From a virus (taxonomy: Duplodnaviria; Caudoviricetes), in IMG/VR virus record IMGVR_UViG_3300048591_000686, positions 1 to 60,885 of that record: a DNA stretch of 60,885 bases; one strand, given 5' to 3'. This document shows positions 48,083-56,957 of this stretch, piece after piece. The notes beneath the pieces are model-generated. The model ran no database searches. It worked only from the letters and a program-made list of their open reading frames with translations, and was not told the DNA's origin. Position 1 is the first letter of the stretch, and the number at the start of each line of letters is the position of its first letter. A program made the translations under genes and the position numbers.

Positions 48083-48376
48083 ATGCGTCTCGTCATCGTC
48101 GTTTTGGTCTGTGCGCTGGCGCTGGCTGGCGTGGCTGCACTGCTGCCGCCTGCCGGTGTGGTGGGGCAGACCATCCCGCCCGTTACCACGCCCCCACCGG
48201 GGCCGACGCCACTTGTCACCCCGACACCGGACCCGAATTGCACGCCGCTATCATGCGTGCCGCGCCCCACGCCGCCGCCGCCGCCGGAGCCCACTGCGAC
48301 CCCGCAGACGGACACGGGCATTTTCCCGGCCAAGCCCAGGGTGCTGGTCTATCTGCCCTACGTGTATATGCGGTAA
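48083..48376 (+). CDS. Small secreted Pro/Thr-rich protein with Chloroflexi-type 'YLP' C-terminal motif
   Basis: MRLVIVVLVCALALAG signal; PTPPP linker; ends VLVYLPYVYMR. Confidence 0.7.
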   Translation: MRLVIVVLVCALALAGVAALLPPAGVVGQTIPPVTTPPPGPTPLVTPTPDPNCTPLSCVPRPTPPPPPEPTATPQTDTGIFPAKPRVLVYLPYVYMR

Positions 48377-51117
48377 CGACGGCGAGGCGGGCAGCAATCC
48401 TCACACTGCTCGCCATCCTCATCGCCCTTGCGCTGCTTCCCGCGGCCGCGCAGGCACAGACGCACGATTGCACCATCGCCACCGACGCGGCGGGCAATGT
48501 GACGCTGAATTGCACCCCGAAGGCCACGGCTACCCCTGAGCCGCCCCCGCCGCCGCCGCCTACCGTCACCCATACGCCCACGGCAACACCGACGCTGACA
48601 CCGACAACGCAGCCGACTGACACGCCCACGGCTACCCCTGACGCGGCTCTGACGGGCAACGTCGCCAACGTGCCCCTGCTGCTAGATGCGCGCTCCGGTG
48701 ACACGCGGCTGGATGCCAACAACATGAGCATTGTGCGTTGGGGCACGGTGTCACCCGCAGGCGGCTACGGGCAACTGCGCATTATCGGGCGCGCCGAGGG
48801 CGTCATGGCCTATTTGCAGGTAGTCTCCCCCCGCACGCGCGACACGGTGACGGTAACGCTGAACGGGCGCACCTACCCCATTGCCGCGGGCAGCGATACA
48901 TGGGACGTGCGTAACCGCTGTGACGGGGCGGGCTGTAGGGGTTGGACTGCGTTTCGTGTCATACCGTGGGCTGAACTTGGCGGCGCGCCTGCTGAGGGTG
49001 ACAGGTGGGCACTCACGGCGGGCGAATGGGCCGGCGTGCTGCGTTGGGGCCTGCCTGACTACGCGGGCGCACCTGGGCAGCATGTGGTGAGTGTGCCCCT
49101 GACTGCCGACGCTATGACGGGCGGGGGAACGGACTGCGGCGCACCGGCGCACCCTGCCTATTTCCCCACCTGGGGCACGCTGACGTGGGGCGCGTCTCCA
49201 TATGCCAACGTGCAAACGCAATGGGACATTGCCGATTGGCCGTGCTACGCGGACTATTTCGCCGCGTGGGACATGCCGCCACTGCCGGAGGGCGCAACGG
49301 TGACGGGCGCAACGCTGACCATGCACCAGTTTGGCAACCCCGGTTACGGGCCGGGCTACGCCGAGGACGGCACAAAGGACACCGTAATACAGGTGTACGA
49401 CGTGGCGACGCCGCTTGACGAACTTGGGATAGGTTGGGATAACGCGCCGCGCATGGGGGAGAACATCGCCCGCACGGTGGTGCATCCCATCCCCGCCACA
49501 TGCCCCGGTGCGTTCTGCGATCCCGCCATCCCCTACGCGTTTGACGTGACGGAGGCGGTACGCAGGGCACAGGCTGACGGGCGCGGCTCGGTGACGGTGG
49601 GGCTGTACACGGCGGCGGGGCAGTACCACAGCGGTAAGTATTTTTGGAGTCGCGAGGGCAAGACGCCGCCCGTCGTGACGATTGCCTACACGCTACCGGG
49701 GGAGGACACGACGCAATGGACGCCAACACCGACGCCGCCGCCATCCACCGCGACGGCTACACCTGTGCCCGAGGCGACGTCTGGTGCGCCTATTGCCTCG
49801 CCTACGCCACAACAGACGGGCAGGACGTACTACATCTCCCCAACGGGCAACAACACCAATGCCGGCACTACTATCAATGCGCCGCTGGGCACCTTTGCAC
49901 GGGCATGGCTGCGGCTCCAGCCCGGTGACACGCTCATCCTGCTGGACGGCACCTACACCCCCACCACAACGGGCGTCATCCAACCCAACGGGCGCAACGG
50001 CGAACCGGGTAGGCCCATCACGATCAAGGCGCTGAACGACGGCGCAGCGACGATTGACGGGCAGGGGATGGCCATCCCCGCCAAACTGGGCGACAACTGG
50101 CCGGGGCCGGTGGGCGACTGGTACGTGCTGGAGGGCGTGGTGCTGCGCAACGGGCTCGACCAGGTACTCCAGATTCGCGGCAACAACAACGTGGCGCGGC
50201 GGGTGAGCGTCTATGACGGCGACGTGAACGACAACACGACGCTGATCCAGATCATGGGGCGCAACAACCTCGTCGAGGACGTGATCGCCGCCGGCGACGG
50301 ACGCTACATGGTCAACGTCTACAACACGACCGGCAACACGGTGCGGCGCGCGTTCACGATGTGGGGCCAGTGGGACGGGCGGCACTTCTGCGGGGTGACG
50401 TGGCCCAACGGCAACCACCTGGGGGTCTATAACTCCAGCAACACGACGGTCGAGAACGTGATCGCCTACGGGCGCGCGCTGACCGGCATCTTCATCCAGG
50501 CCAACCACGAAAACGCCAGCGCCAACAACAATGCCATCCTGGGCAGCATGGCCGTCAACATCGGGCGCGACTACGGCGGCGGCGACTGGACGTTCGGGGC
50601 GCCGCAGATGTGGCCAACGTCGCGGCCAGGCCCCACCAGCGATAGGTTCACCAAGGCCGTCTGCGACAACAAATTGACCAACTGGGCAGACGGCGGCCAC
50701 CGCACCGGGTTCAGCCTATGGGGGCAGGGCACGTTGCAGGACAACGTATTCCGCGACGTGCTGGCAGTGGGCAGCTACGGCCTCGGCATGAGTGTGGCGC
50801 GGCCATCGGGGCCGGGGTCGGTGCGCACTGTGCTCGACCACCTGACGCTCTTTGGCAACGGGGCGTATGTGCTGCACTGGGAAAGCAAGCTCGGCGGGCA
50901 GATATACCTCGATGGGTCCGACGTGACCGTCACCAACAGCCGCATCGAGGGCAGCCCCTGGGCGAACCAGGGCGAGGGCGCACGGCTGCAATATCGGTAT
51001 GTCGATAGGGTGCTGACTGACACTCCACTCCTGCCCTGGCCTATGGAGGGCAGGGCGCGGGCAGAGTTGGGGGTGAGTGTGGAGAAAATCATAGAGCAGT
51101 ACGGGGGTGCGCAGTGA
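48376..51117 (+). CDS. Secreted modular protein: DNRLRE/CBM-like domain + right-handed beta-helix (polysaccharide lyase-like); start codon uncertain
   Basis: Signal RRAAILTLLAILIALALLPAAAQA; P/T linkers; LPEGATVTGATLTM; TYYISPTGNN.N.G....PLGT......LQPGDTLILLDGTY; Asn-ladder repeats. Confidence 0.78.
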   Translation, partial: TTARRAAILTLLAILIALALLPAAAQAQTHDCTIATDAAGNVTLNCTPKATATPEPPPPPPPTVTHTPTATPTLTPTTQPTDTPTATPDAALTGNVANVPLLLDARSGDTRLDANNMSIVRWGTVSPAGGYGQLRIIGRAEGVMAYLQVVSPRTRDTVTVTLNGRTYPIAAGSDTWDVRNRCDGAGCRGWTAFRVIPWAELGGAPAEGDRWALTAGEWAGVLRWGLPDYAGAPGQHVVSVPLTADAMTGGGTDCGAPAHPAYFPTWGTLTWGASPYANVQTQWDIADWPCYADYFAAWDMPPLPEGATVTGATLTMHQFGNPGYGPGYAEDGTKDTVIQVYDVATPLDELGIGWDNAPRMGENIARTVVHPIPATCPGAFCDPAIPYAFDVTEAVRRAQADGRGSVTVGLYTAAGQYHSGKYFWSREGKTPPVVTIAYTLPGEDTTQWTPTPTPPPSTATATPVPEATSGAPIASPTPQQTGRTYYISPTGNNTNAGTTINAPLGTFARAWLRLQPGDTLILLDGTYTPTTTGVIQPNGRNGEPGRPITIKALNDGAATIDGQGMAIPAKLGDNWPGPVGDWYVLEGVVLRNGLDQVLQIRGNNNVARRVSVYDGDVNDNTTLIQIMGRNNLVEDVIAAGDGRYMVNVYNTTGNTVRRAFTMWGQWDGRHFCGVTWPNGNHLGVYNSSNTTVENVIAYGRALTGIFIQANHENASANNNAILGSMAVNIGRDYGGGDWTFGAPQMWPTSRPGPTSDRFTKAVCDNKLTNWADGGHRTGFSLWGQGTLQDNVFRDVLAVGSYGLGMSVARPSGPGSVRTVLDHLTLFGNGAYVLHWESKLGGQIYLDGSDVTVTNSRIEGSPWANQGEGARLQYRYVDRVLTDTPLLPWPMEGRARAELGVSVEKIIEQYGGAQ

Positions 51118-51566
51118 CACTACACGACGAACTGACTACCGATCCGGAGGGCCTCGGCTACGCAGACATGCTCGCGGCCGGCAGCCACAACGCGGTGGCC
51201 GCGGCGCTCAACATGGCCCGCTATCCCGCGCTGAGCAGTGTGGCAATTACGCCGCTCTTAGAGTGGATGGCGGCGCACGGCATCATGGCCCGGCTGCGGG
51301 CGGCGGCGGCGGGTGAGGATGCGCAGATCGCCAGCATTGCCGAGGTGGCGCTGCTGCTGGTGGCAAATCCCAACATCCCCGCGCTCGACCTCTCACGCGA
51401 GCGCGTGCAGACGATGCTGGGTGCGCTCACGCAGGCGGGCGTGATTCCTGAGCCTGCCTACCAGGAGCTGCTGCAACTGGCGGCGGTGCAGGTCAGCCGG
51501 GCGCAGCAGTTAGGGCTGGGCACAGTCAGCGCGGACGACGTGAGCCGCGCGGTCATGGAGGCATAG
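51114..51566 (+). CDS. Hypothetical tail-associated protein
   Basis: ELTTDP.GLGY..SRAQQLGLG; GTGA overlap. Confidence 0.7.
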   Translation: MTLHDELTTDPEGLGYADMLAAGSHNAVAAALNMARYPALSSVAITPLLEWMAAHGIMARLRAAAAGEDAQIASIAEVALLLVANPNIPALDLSRERVQTMLGALTQAGVIPEPAYQELLQLAAVQVSRAQQLGLGTVSADDVSRAVMEA

Positions 51567-51567
51567 T

Positions 51568-52023
51568 ATGGCAGACATCAAGGCGAAAGCAGGGGCCATC
51601 GTCACGGTGGCGAGCACCGAACTCAATAGCCTCGCCAACAATGCGGGGGCGCTCGGGGCGGAGTACGACAACGCTACGAATCTGTACATCTCCGCGGTGT
51701 TCGAGCTCAGCGTCACGTTCGGCAGTGCGCCGACCGCAGGCAGCACGGTGGACCTGTACATCATCCCGGCGCCGGACGGGACCAACTATGACGACGCGGT
51801 GACGGGTGCGGCGGGCAGTGCGCCTGCCACCGCCTACGCGGGCGGGTTTCCGCTGCGGGCGGTGACGACGTTGCAGCGCGTGCCGCTGGGCATTGGCCTC
51901 TCGGGGCCGGTGCCGTTGCCTGCCTGCAAGTTCAAGGCGTTTTTGCTCAACAGATCGGGGCAGGCGTTTCCGGCCAGCGGCAGCACGCTGAAAATGGTGC
52001 CGTCGATGTACCAGAGCGCATAG
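51568..52023 (+). CDS. Hypothetical beta-rich virion protein
   Basis: GGAGG SD; DGTNYDD..LNRSGQAF. Confidence 0.7.
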   Translation: MADIKAKAGAIVTVASTELNSLANNAGALGAEYDNATNLYISAVFELSVTFGSAPTAGSTVDLYIIPAPDGTNYDDAVTGAAGSAPATAYAGGFPLRAVTTLQRVPLGIGLSGPVPLPACKFKAFLLNRSGQAFPASGSTLKMVPSMYQSA

Positions 52024-52035
52024 CGAGGCCGGGTC

Positions 52036-53895
52036 GTGGCGATCAGGATTATCTCGTACAGCAATCAGGTACTCTACTGGCCCGCGTCTGCTGGGCTGAG
52101 CATGAGCGAATTTACCGCCAGCGCGTGGATCAGATTCCATACGATGGCCGATTTTGCTTACCAGCAAGGCGGGCCTATTCGGGGCTCGACTCAGCCAGGC
52201 ATGGGCGTGTATCTGTTTCGGCCCAGCTCTACATACTACTGGTCACTGGGCGACAACACAAGCGATAACGCGGCGACGAGCGGCCCGCGTGTCGGCGTCT
52301 GGTATCACGTCGCCTGGACGCGCAGTGGAAACACCAACGACCGGCTCTGGATCGACGGCGCGCCGGTTGTCGGGCCGCTCAACCTGCTCGAATCTGGAGT
52401 AGATGCGCAGATGAGCCTGGGGTTTGACCCCTATGCCGCCCCTGCCAACTTTGATTTTACGGGCGTCAAAATCTGGAGTGCAGAACTCACCCAGCGGGAG
52501 ATCAACCAGGAGCGCACGCAGCTCGCACCGGTGCGGCGGGCCGGGCTGTTTGCCTGCACGCCTGCGCCGCATGTTGCCGATGTGCGCGACATCAGCGGCA
52601 GCAACCGCACGCCAACTACAACCGGCGCACTGACTACGGTCGACGGGCCCAACGTGCCCTGGACAACGGACTGGCAGCGGCGGCTGTGGATGGTGCCGTT
52701 CGTGGTGCCGGCGGGGGGCGGGGGCGGCAACGATGCGCTGACTGCCAACGACATCACGACGGGAGCGCCTGCACTGGGTGCACCTACGTTGGCCCAGACG
52801 CACGCACTCGCGGCGGTGGGTATCACAACGGGCGCGTCTGCACTGGGTGCGCCTACGTTGGCCCAGACGCACGCGCTCGCGGCGGTGGGTATCGCGACGG
52901 GCGCGCCTGTGTTGGGGGCGGCGACGCTGGCGCAGACGCACGCGCTCGCTACTGTAACGTTGGTGACGGGCGCACCGACGCTCGGCAGCCCCACCGCCAC
53001 CCAGGGGCACGCGCTGACGGCTGTAACGTTGGTGACGGGCGCACTGACGCTAGGCGCGGCGACGCTGGCGCAGGTGCACGCGCTGACGGCTGTAGCGTTG
53101 GTGACAGGTGCACCGACACTTGGCAGCCCCACCGCCACCCAGGTGCATGCGCTCGCGGCCATCGCAATCACAACCGCCGCGCCAACCATCGATGCCCCCA
53201 CCGTCACCCAGGTGCACGCACTGACTGCCAACGGTGTCACGGCAGGCGCGCCAACCATCGATGCCGCTACCATCGCACAGGTGCACGCACTCAGCGCGGC
53301 GGGTGTCGTGACAGGAGCACCAACGCTCGGCGCGGCGAGCATGGGCGGCGAGACGGCGCTAATTGCCGACGGCATTACGGCAAGCGCACCAACACTCGGC
53401 AGCCCCGCCGTCACCCAGGCGCACGCGCTCACCGTCGTAACACTGGTGACGACCGCGCCGACGTTGAGCAGCCCCACCATTACGCAGGTGCACGCACTCG
53501 CAGCGGTGGGCATCGTCACCAGTGCGCCGGTGTTGGGTGCGCCCTCCATGGTGGGCGAATCGGCGCTCATTGCGGTGGGCATCGATGCGGGGGCCGTGGT
53601 GCTGGGTGCGCCCGCCATCGGGCAGGTGCACGCGTTGGCGGCGGTGGGCATCGATGCGGGGGCGGTGGCGGTGGGCGCAACTACCATCAATCAGACCCAC
53701 ATCCTGACCGCAATCCTCCTGGTGGCAGCCGCGCCGACGTTGGGTACGCCCGCGCTGGACCGCAGCGGCACGGTGACGCCCGCCAGCAGGACCTATGTAG
53801 TCGAGTTTGAGGACCGGACCTATGTAGTCGAGTTTGAGGACCGGACCTATGTAGTCGAGTTTGAAAATCGGACCTACACAGTAACAGGAGAGTAG
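52036..53895 (+). CDS. Side fibre: LamG/concanavalin-like domain + 23-aa repeat shaft
   Basis: FTASAWI, WYHVAW, LWIDG, KIWS.EL...EI; many QxHALxAxxxxTGAPxLGxPT repeats. Confidence 0.8.
   Translation: MAIRIISYSNQVLYWPASAGLSMSEFTASAWIRFHTMADFAYQQGGPIRGSTQPGMGVYLFRPSSTYYWSLGDNTSDNAATSGPRVGVWYHVAWTRSGNTNDRLWIDGAPVVGPLNLLESGVDAQMSLGFDPYAAPANFDFTGVKIWSAELTQREINQERTQLAPVRRAGLFACTPAPHVADVRDISGSNRTPTTTGALTTVDGPNVPWTTDWQRRLWMVPFVVPAGGGGGNDALTANDITTGAPALGAPTLAQTHALAAVGITTGASALGAPTLAQTHALAAVGIATGAPVLGAATLAQTHALATVTLVTGAPTLGSPTATQGHALTAVTLVTGALTLGAATLAQVHALTAVALVTGAPTLGSPTATQVHALAAIAITTAAPTIDAPTVTQVHALTANGVTAGAPTIDAATIAQVHALSAAGVVTGAPTLGAASMGGETALIADGITASAPTLGSPAVTQAHALTVVTLVTTAPTLSSPTITQVHALAAVGIVTSAPVLGAPSMVGESALIAVGIDAGAVVLGAPAIGQVHALAAVGIDAGAVAVGATTINQTHILTAILLVAAAPTLGTPALDRSGTVTPASRTYVVEFEDRTYVVEFEDRTYVVEFENRTYTVTGE
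53789..53876. repeat. 27-bp tandem repeat (~3.3 copies) encoding RTYVVEFED
   Basis: GGACCTATGTAGTCGAGTTTGAGGACC units. Confidence 0.9.
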
Positions 53896-53898
53896 ACA

Positions 53899-54270
53899 AT
53901 GGCATATCTCAATGATCGTGTGCTTGACAATGGACTGACCGTGCTCGACACGGAGGCATCCCACCTCTACATCACGAGTGCGGAGGCGACCACCTACACG
54001 CAGGCGGCGACCACCTACGCACTCGGCGTCAAGGCGACGCCGACGGTGGGCGCACCGGCCGCGCGCGCACCCAGCGGGCGCAAGGTCACGGTGAGCGCCA
54101 TCACTGACGGCACGGTGAGCGCCACCGGCACCGCGTCGCATTATGCGTTGGTGGATCAGACCAACAGCCGGTTGCTGGCCGCGGGGCCGCTGGGTGCATC
54201 GCAGGCGGTCACGTCGGGCAACACGTTCACGCTGACCGCGTTCGACATCGGCATCCCCGGCCCGGCCTAA
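53899..54270 (+). CDS. Fibre-associated virion protein
   Basis: TGTASHYAL..GNTFTL.AFDI. Confidence 0.65.
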   Translation: MAYLNDRVLDNGLTVLDTEASHLYITSAEATTYTQAATTYALGVKATPTVGAPAARAPSGRKVTVSAITDGTVSATGTASHYALVDQTNSRLLAAGPLGASQAVTSGNTFTLTAFDIGIPGPA

Positions 54271-54281
54271 CGGAGGCGCAC

Positions 54282-54563
54282 ATGCCGCGTGCATTTACGC
54301 AGGACCCGCAGGCCGTGTTGGACTACCAGTTCGACTGGGCGGGGGAGCGCCCCTGGCTGGTGGCGGGGGACACTATCAGCGACGCAACCGTCACCGTGAC
54401 GGCCGGGCTGACGATTGAGGAAACCGTAATCGCGGCCACGACGGTCACGGTTTGGCTCAAAGGCGGCACGGTGGGCGCGTCCTACAATGTGACGTGTCAC
54501 ATCGTCACCGCGGGCGGGCGGGAGGATGAGCGCACCGCCACAGTGACGATAATGGATCGGTAA
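54282..54563 (+). CDS. Fibre-tail adaptor-like protein
   Basis: QDP.AVLDY.FDW..WL..GDTI..VWL.GG..G..Y.V.C.I.T.GGR. Confidence 0.75.
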   Translation: MPRAFTQDPQAVLDYQFDWAGERPWLVAGDTISDATVTVTAGLTIEETVIAATTVTVWLKGGTVGASYNVTCHIVTAGGREDERTATVTIMDR

Positions 54564-54587
54564 CAAGGCGCGCCGCACTCACAGGCG

Positions 54588-55562
54588 ATGGGTGCGGCGC
54601 TCATTTCGGAACGGGGCGGTATGACGAAACGGGCGGGCGCGCGGGCGAACGCGCTACAGCTAAGGACTCTGTTGATTGCGCCGCGGTCGGATTTGGCGAA
54701 CGCGGACGCAGAGATGCAGCGCATTGTGAACGCGCTGCATCCCGAATGTGTGCTGGGGACAGTCACCACGTCGGACGTGCTCGACGCGGTGCAGGCCGAC
54801 GCATACAACGTGATCTGGTTTTTGGGGCACAGCGGCGCGGATGGGCTGCAACTAGCGGATGGCACGCTCAGCGCGGCGCACCTGGCGCAGATGCTCCGGC
54901 AGGCGCCGCCGTCGCTGGTGGTGCTCAACTCCTGCAGCAGTTTCCACACGGCCATCCAACTGCATGACGACCTGCAATGCGCCATCGTGTGCACGGTGTT
55001 GGATGTGCCCGACCTCGATGCCTACATCACCGGAGCGCTGTTGGCGGGCGCGCTGGCGCAGGGCCTGGACACGGCGCAGGCGTATCAGGTGTCACGGCCC
55101 GCGGCAAACCGGCAGTATATCCTGCTCAACGGGTCGGTGCGGCTCAACGGCACGGACGAAATCGACGATACGCGGCGGCTCATCCTGCGCACAGCCGCGG
55201 AGTTGCAGCGCGGCGTCCAGGACATGCACAGCGAAATCGGCGGGGTCATTCGCACCACGTCGGAAATGCAGCGGGCGCTCGATGCCATGCGCCGCGATGT
55301 GGCGGCGGTGCGCGAGGAGCAGACGCGGGTGCGCGGGGAGTTGGCGGCGGGGCCCTCGCGCTATCAAGCCGCGCTCACCCGCCCGCGCATGTACGCGTGG
55401 CTGGTGGGCTTCGTGCTGTTTTTGGCGGGCATGGGCATCTGGGACAGCCGCGATGCCATGCACACGCCGCCCGCGGTGGCCGGTGCGTTTGCTGCGACCG
55501 TGTTTGCGCTCGCAGCGTGGGCATTTATCTACGGGATCGGGTTCCGCGTGGACAGGCGGTGA
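54588..55562 (+). CDS. CHAT (caspase/HetF-like) protease + coiled coil + two C-terminal TM helices
   Basis: DLANADAEM, NVIWFLGHS (His 54828), LVVLNSCSS (Cys 54933). Confidence 0.82.
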   Translation: MGAALISERGGMTKRAGARANALQLRTLLIAPRSDLANADAEMQRIVNALHPECVLGTVTTSDVLDAVQADAYNVIWFLGHSGADGLQLADGTLSAAHLAQMLRQAPPSLVVLNSCSSFHTAIQLHDDLQCAIVCTVLDVPDLDAYITGALLAGALAQGLDTAQAYQVSRPAANRQYILLNGSVRLNGTDEIDDTRRLILRTAAELQRGVQDMHSEIGGVIRTTSEMQRALDAMRRDVAAVREEQTRVRGELAAGPSRYQAALTRPRMYAWLVGFVLFLAGMGIWDSRDAMHTPPAVAGAFAATVFALAAWAFIYGIGFRVDRR

Positions 55563-55663
55563 GGCGGCGCGGAAACGCCCGCCATTGCTGACGGGCGTCG
55601 GGCCGGGGATGCTATCGCCGGGGTGGTAGGAGTATTCTAGCACGGCCCCGGCGCGTAGGCTGA

Positions 55664-55999
55664 TTATTCGCGGACGGTGGTTAGGGGGCGCTTAACCTCC
55701 ATACTAACGGGCGGCTCGTCAAACCATTCGGGCGTGCCAAGCCCAAAAGGATAAGTGTCCGGCTCCTGTTCGCTGGTGTCTCCGCACCGGTAATACCAAA
55801 CAGCCCCGCCCTCCTGCCGGGGAGCATACCAACCCGACCCAACCCACATAATGATGCTGTCCATTTTAATCTCCTGTTTGTAAACTCGGTCGATAACTAC
55901 AGTAAGTGTCTCTGTCTGTGACGTGCCCCACTGCTGCATTAATGCGTCCAACTGGCGGACGGTCAAATCGCTGGCTCGAAAATTGATTTGCTGCTTCAC
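55664..55999 (-). CDS. RHH-domain protein
   Basis: KQQINFRASDLTVRQLDALMQQWGTSQTETLTVVIDRVY. Confidence 0.75.
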   Translation of the reverse strand: MKQQINFRASDLTVRQLDALMQQWGTSQTETLTVVIDRVYKQEIKMDSIIMWVGSGWYAPRQEGGAVWYYRCGDTSEQEPDTYPFGLGTPEWFDEPPVSMEVKRPLTTVRE

Positions 56000-56328
56000 A
56001 CTTCTACCTCCACCTTTTCAACAATAACCGGCTCATCAGTCACCAAGAACATTGCTTCGCCGTCTGGGTACTCCGGGTCGATTACCACTTCGTAGCCGTC
56101 TGGTACGTCGAAAGAAAACACCGTGTTCATCTCCATACCCCGGTTATCTTCAGCAAACCAGATTGCATATTTCAGCGCCACGAAACCATACACGCCGGTA
56201 ACGTTCTGCCCCTGGAGCGTGTCACCCTCACCCGCCTTGCACGTTCCGTTATTGGTGCTGTTGGGGACCAAGCCATGCTCTAGGATTGATTCTTCATTGT
56301 CGATTGGGCTTACGTGGTACAGTTTCAT
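55996..56328 (-). CDS. Putative ADP-ribosyltransferase-fold protein (Tpt1/DarT-like N-terminus)
   Basis: LYHVS...N.ESILEHGL.P...GVY....A..FA. Confidence 0.6.
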   Translation of the reverse strand: MKLYHVSPIDNEESILEHGLVPNSTNNGTCKAGEGDTLQGQNVTGVYGFVALKYAIWFAEDNRGMEMNTVFSFDVPDGYEVVIDPEYPDGEAMFLVTDEPVIVEKVEVEV

Positions 56329-56370
56329 GGTTCGCTCGCTTCGTTCGTTCGTGATTGCCCTATGTCGCTA

Positions 56371-56389
56371 GTATAGCACAATGCTATAC
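56371..56389. promoter_or_regulatory. Palindromic operator over a minus-strand -10 (TATACT)
   Basis: GTATAGC-acaat-GCTATAC. Confidence 0.65.
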
Positions 56390-56418
56390 AATCTGTATCC
56401 CCCCAAAATGGAGAATTT

Positions 56419-56504
56419 ACCTTAAAATTTCGCGCCGTTCTCGCGGCACAAAAACGCCCCGGCTGCGGCGGCCGGGGCGGGGTGGGGTTGGGGGGTGGGG
56501 GCTA
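56419..56504 (-). repeat. Terminator-containing intergenic cassette, copy 1
   Basis: Near-identical to 57713-57802; minus-strand CGCCCCGGC..GCCGGGGCG-TTTTT. Confidence 0.85.
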
Positions 56505-56705
56505 TTCTCCCCTGACTACCTTCGCCACGACGCGGCGGCTACCTGTGTAACTGATGTCGTCCAGATACGCTGCCGGGATTGCCCGATGGTCCCCGTCGTT
56601 ATAGGCGACAATGAGATACACGGCGGCACTGCTGCCCCACTTGCCGGAGTGTCGCTCCTTCGCTTCTGCAATGGCTTCTTCTTTGGTCGTGATGCGCTCG
56701 CTCAT
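56502..56705 (-). CDS. Hypothetical protein
   Basis: AAGGGG SD. Confidence 0.65.
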   Translation of the reverse strand: MSERITTKEEAIAEAKERHSGKWGSSAAVYLIVAYNDGDHRAIPAAYLDDISYTGSRRVVAKVVRGE

Positions 56706-56714
56706 GATTTCCCC

Positions 56715-56957
56715 TTATCTCACCAACTTAATTGTATCGCCTGTTTCAGTGCTGCGCAGCAGGATTGCCGACCTGCTGACCTCTACGACCTGCCACAAAT
56801 CCGAAGGCCAAACGGTTTGGCCTTGCGCCGTCACCGTCGTTACGAAAAATTGGTCATCAGCCTTGACAGTAACGCGCTTGGTTGGGCGACCGGCCCCGAT
56901 GCGCGGCCCGCCAAGGCCATTGCCCGTCATGCCCTTTTTGCCTGCCATGTTACTCAC
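56715..56957 (-). CDS. Small protein with GG.R.GAGRP DNA-binding motif
   Basis: GGPRIGAGRP. Confidence 0.65.
   Translation of the reverse strand: MSNMAGKKGMTGNGLGGPRIGAGRPTKRVTVKADDQFFVTTVTAQGQTVWPSDLWQVVEVSRSAILLRSTETGDTIKLVR

Noticed and set aside
48004-48375. N-terminal 124 aa of the 1037-aa ORF
   Set aside because: Overlaps the better-supported 48083-48376 gene in another frame and would bury the signal peptide.
52740-53760. Repeats as a DGR template/variable pair
   Set aside because: No reverse transcriptase in the window, and differences are not adenine-restricted.
53789-53876. 27-bp direct repeats as a CRISPR array
   Set aside because: No spacers; in-frame coding tandem repeat; no cas genes.
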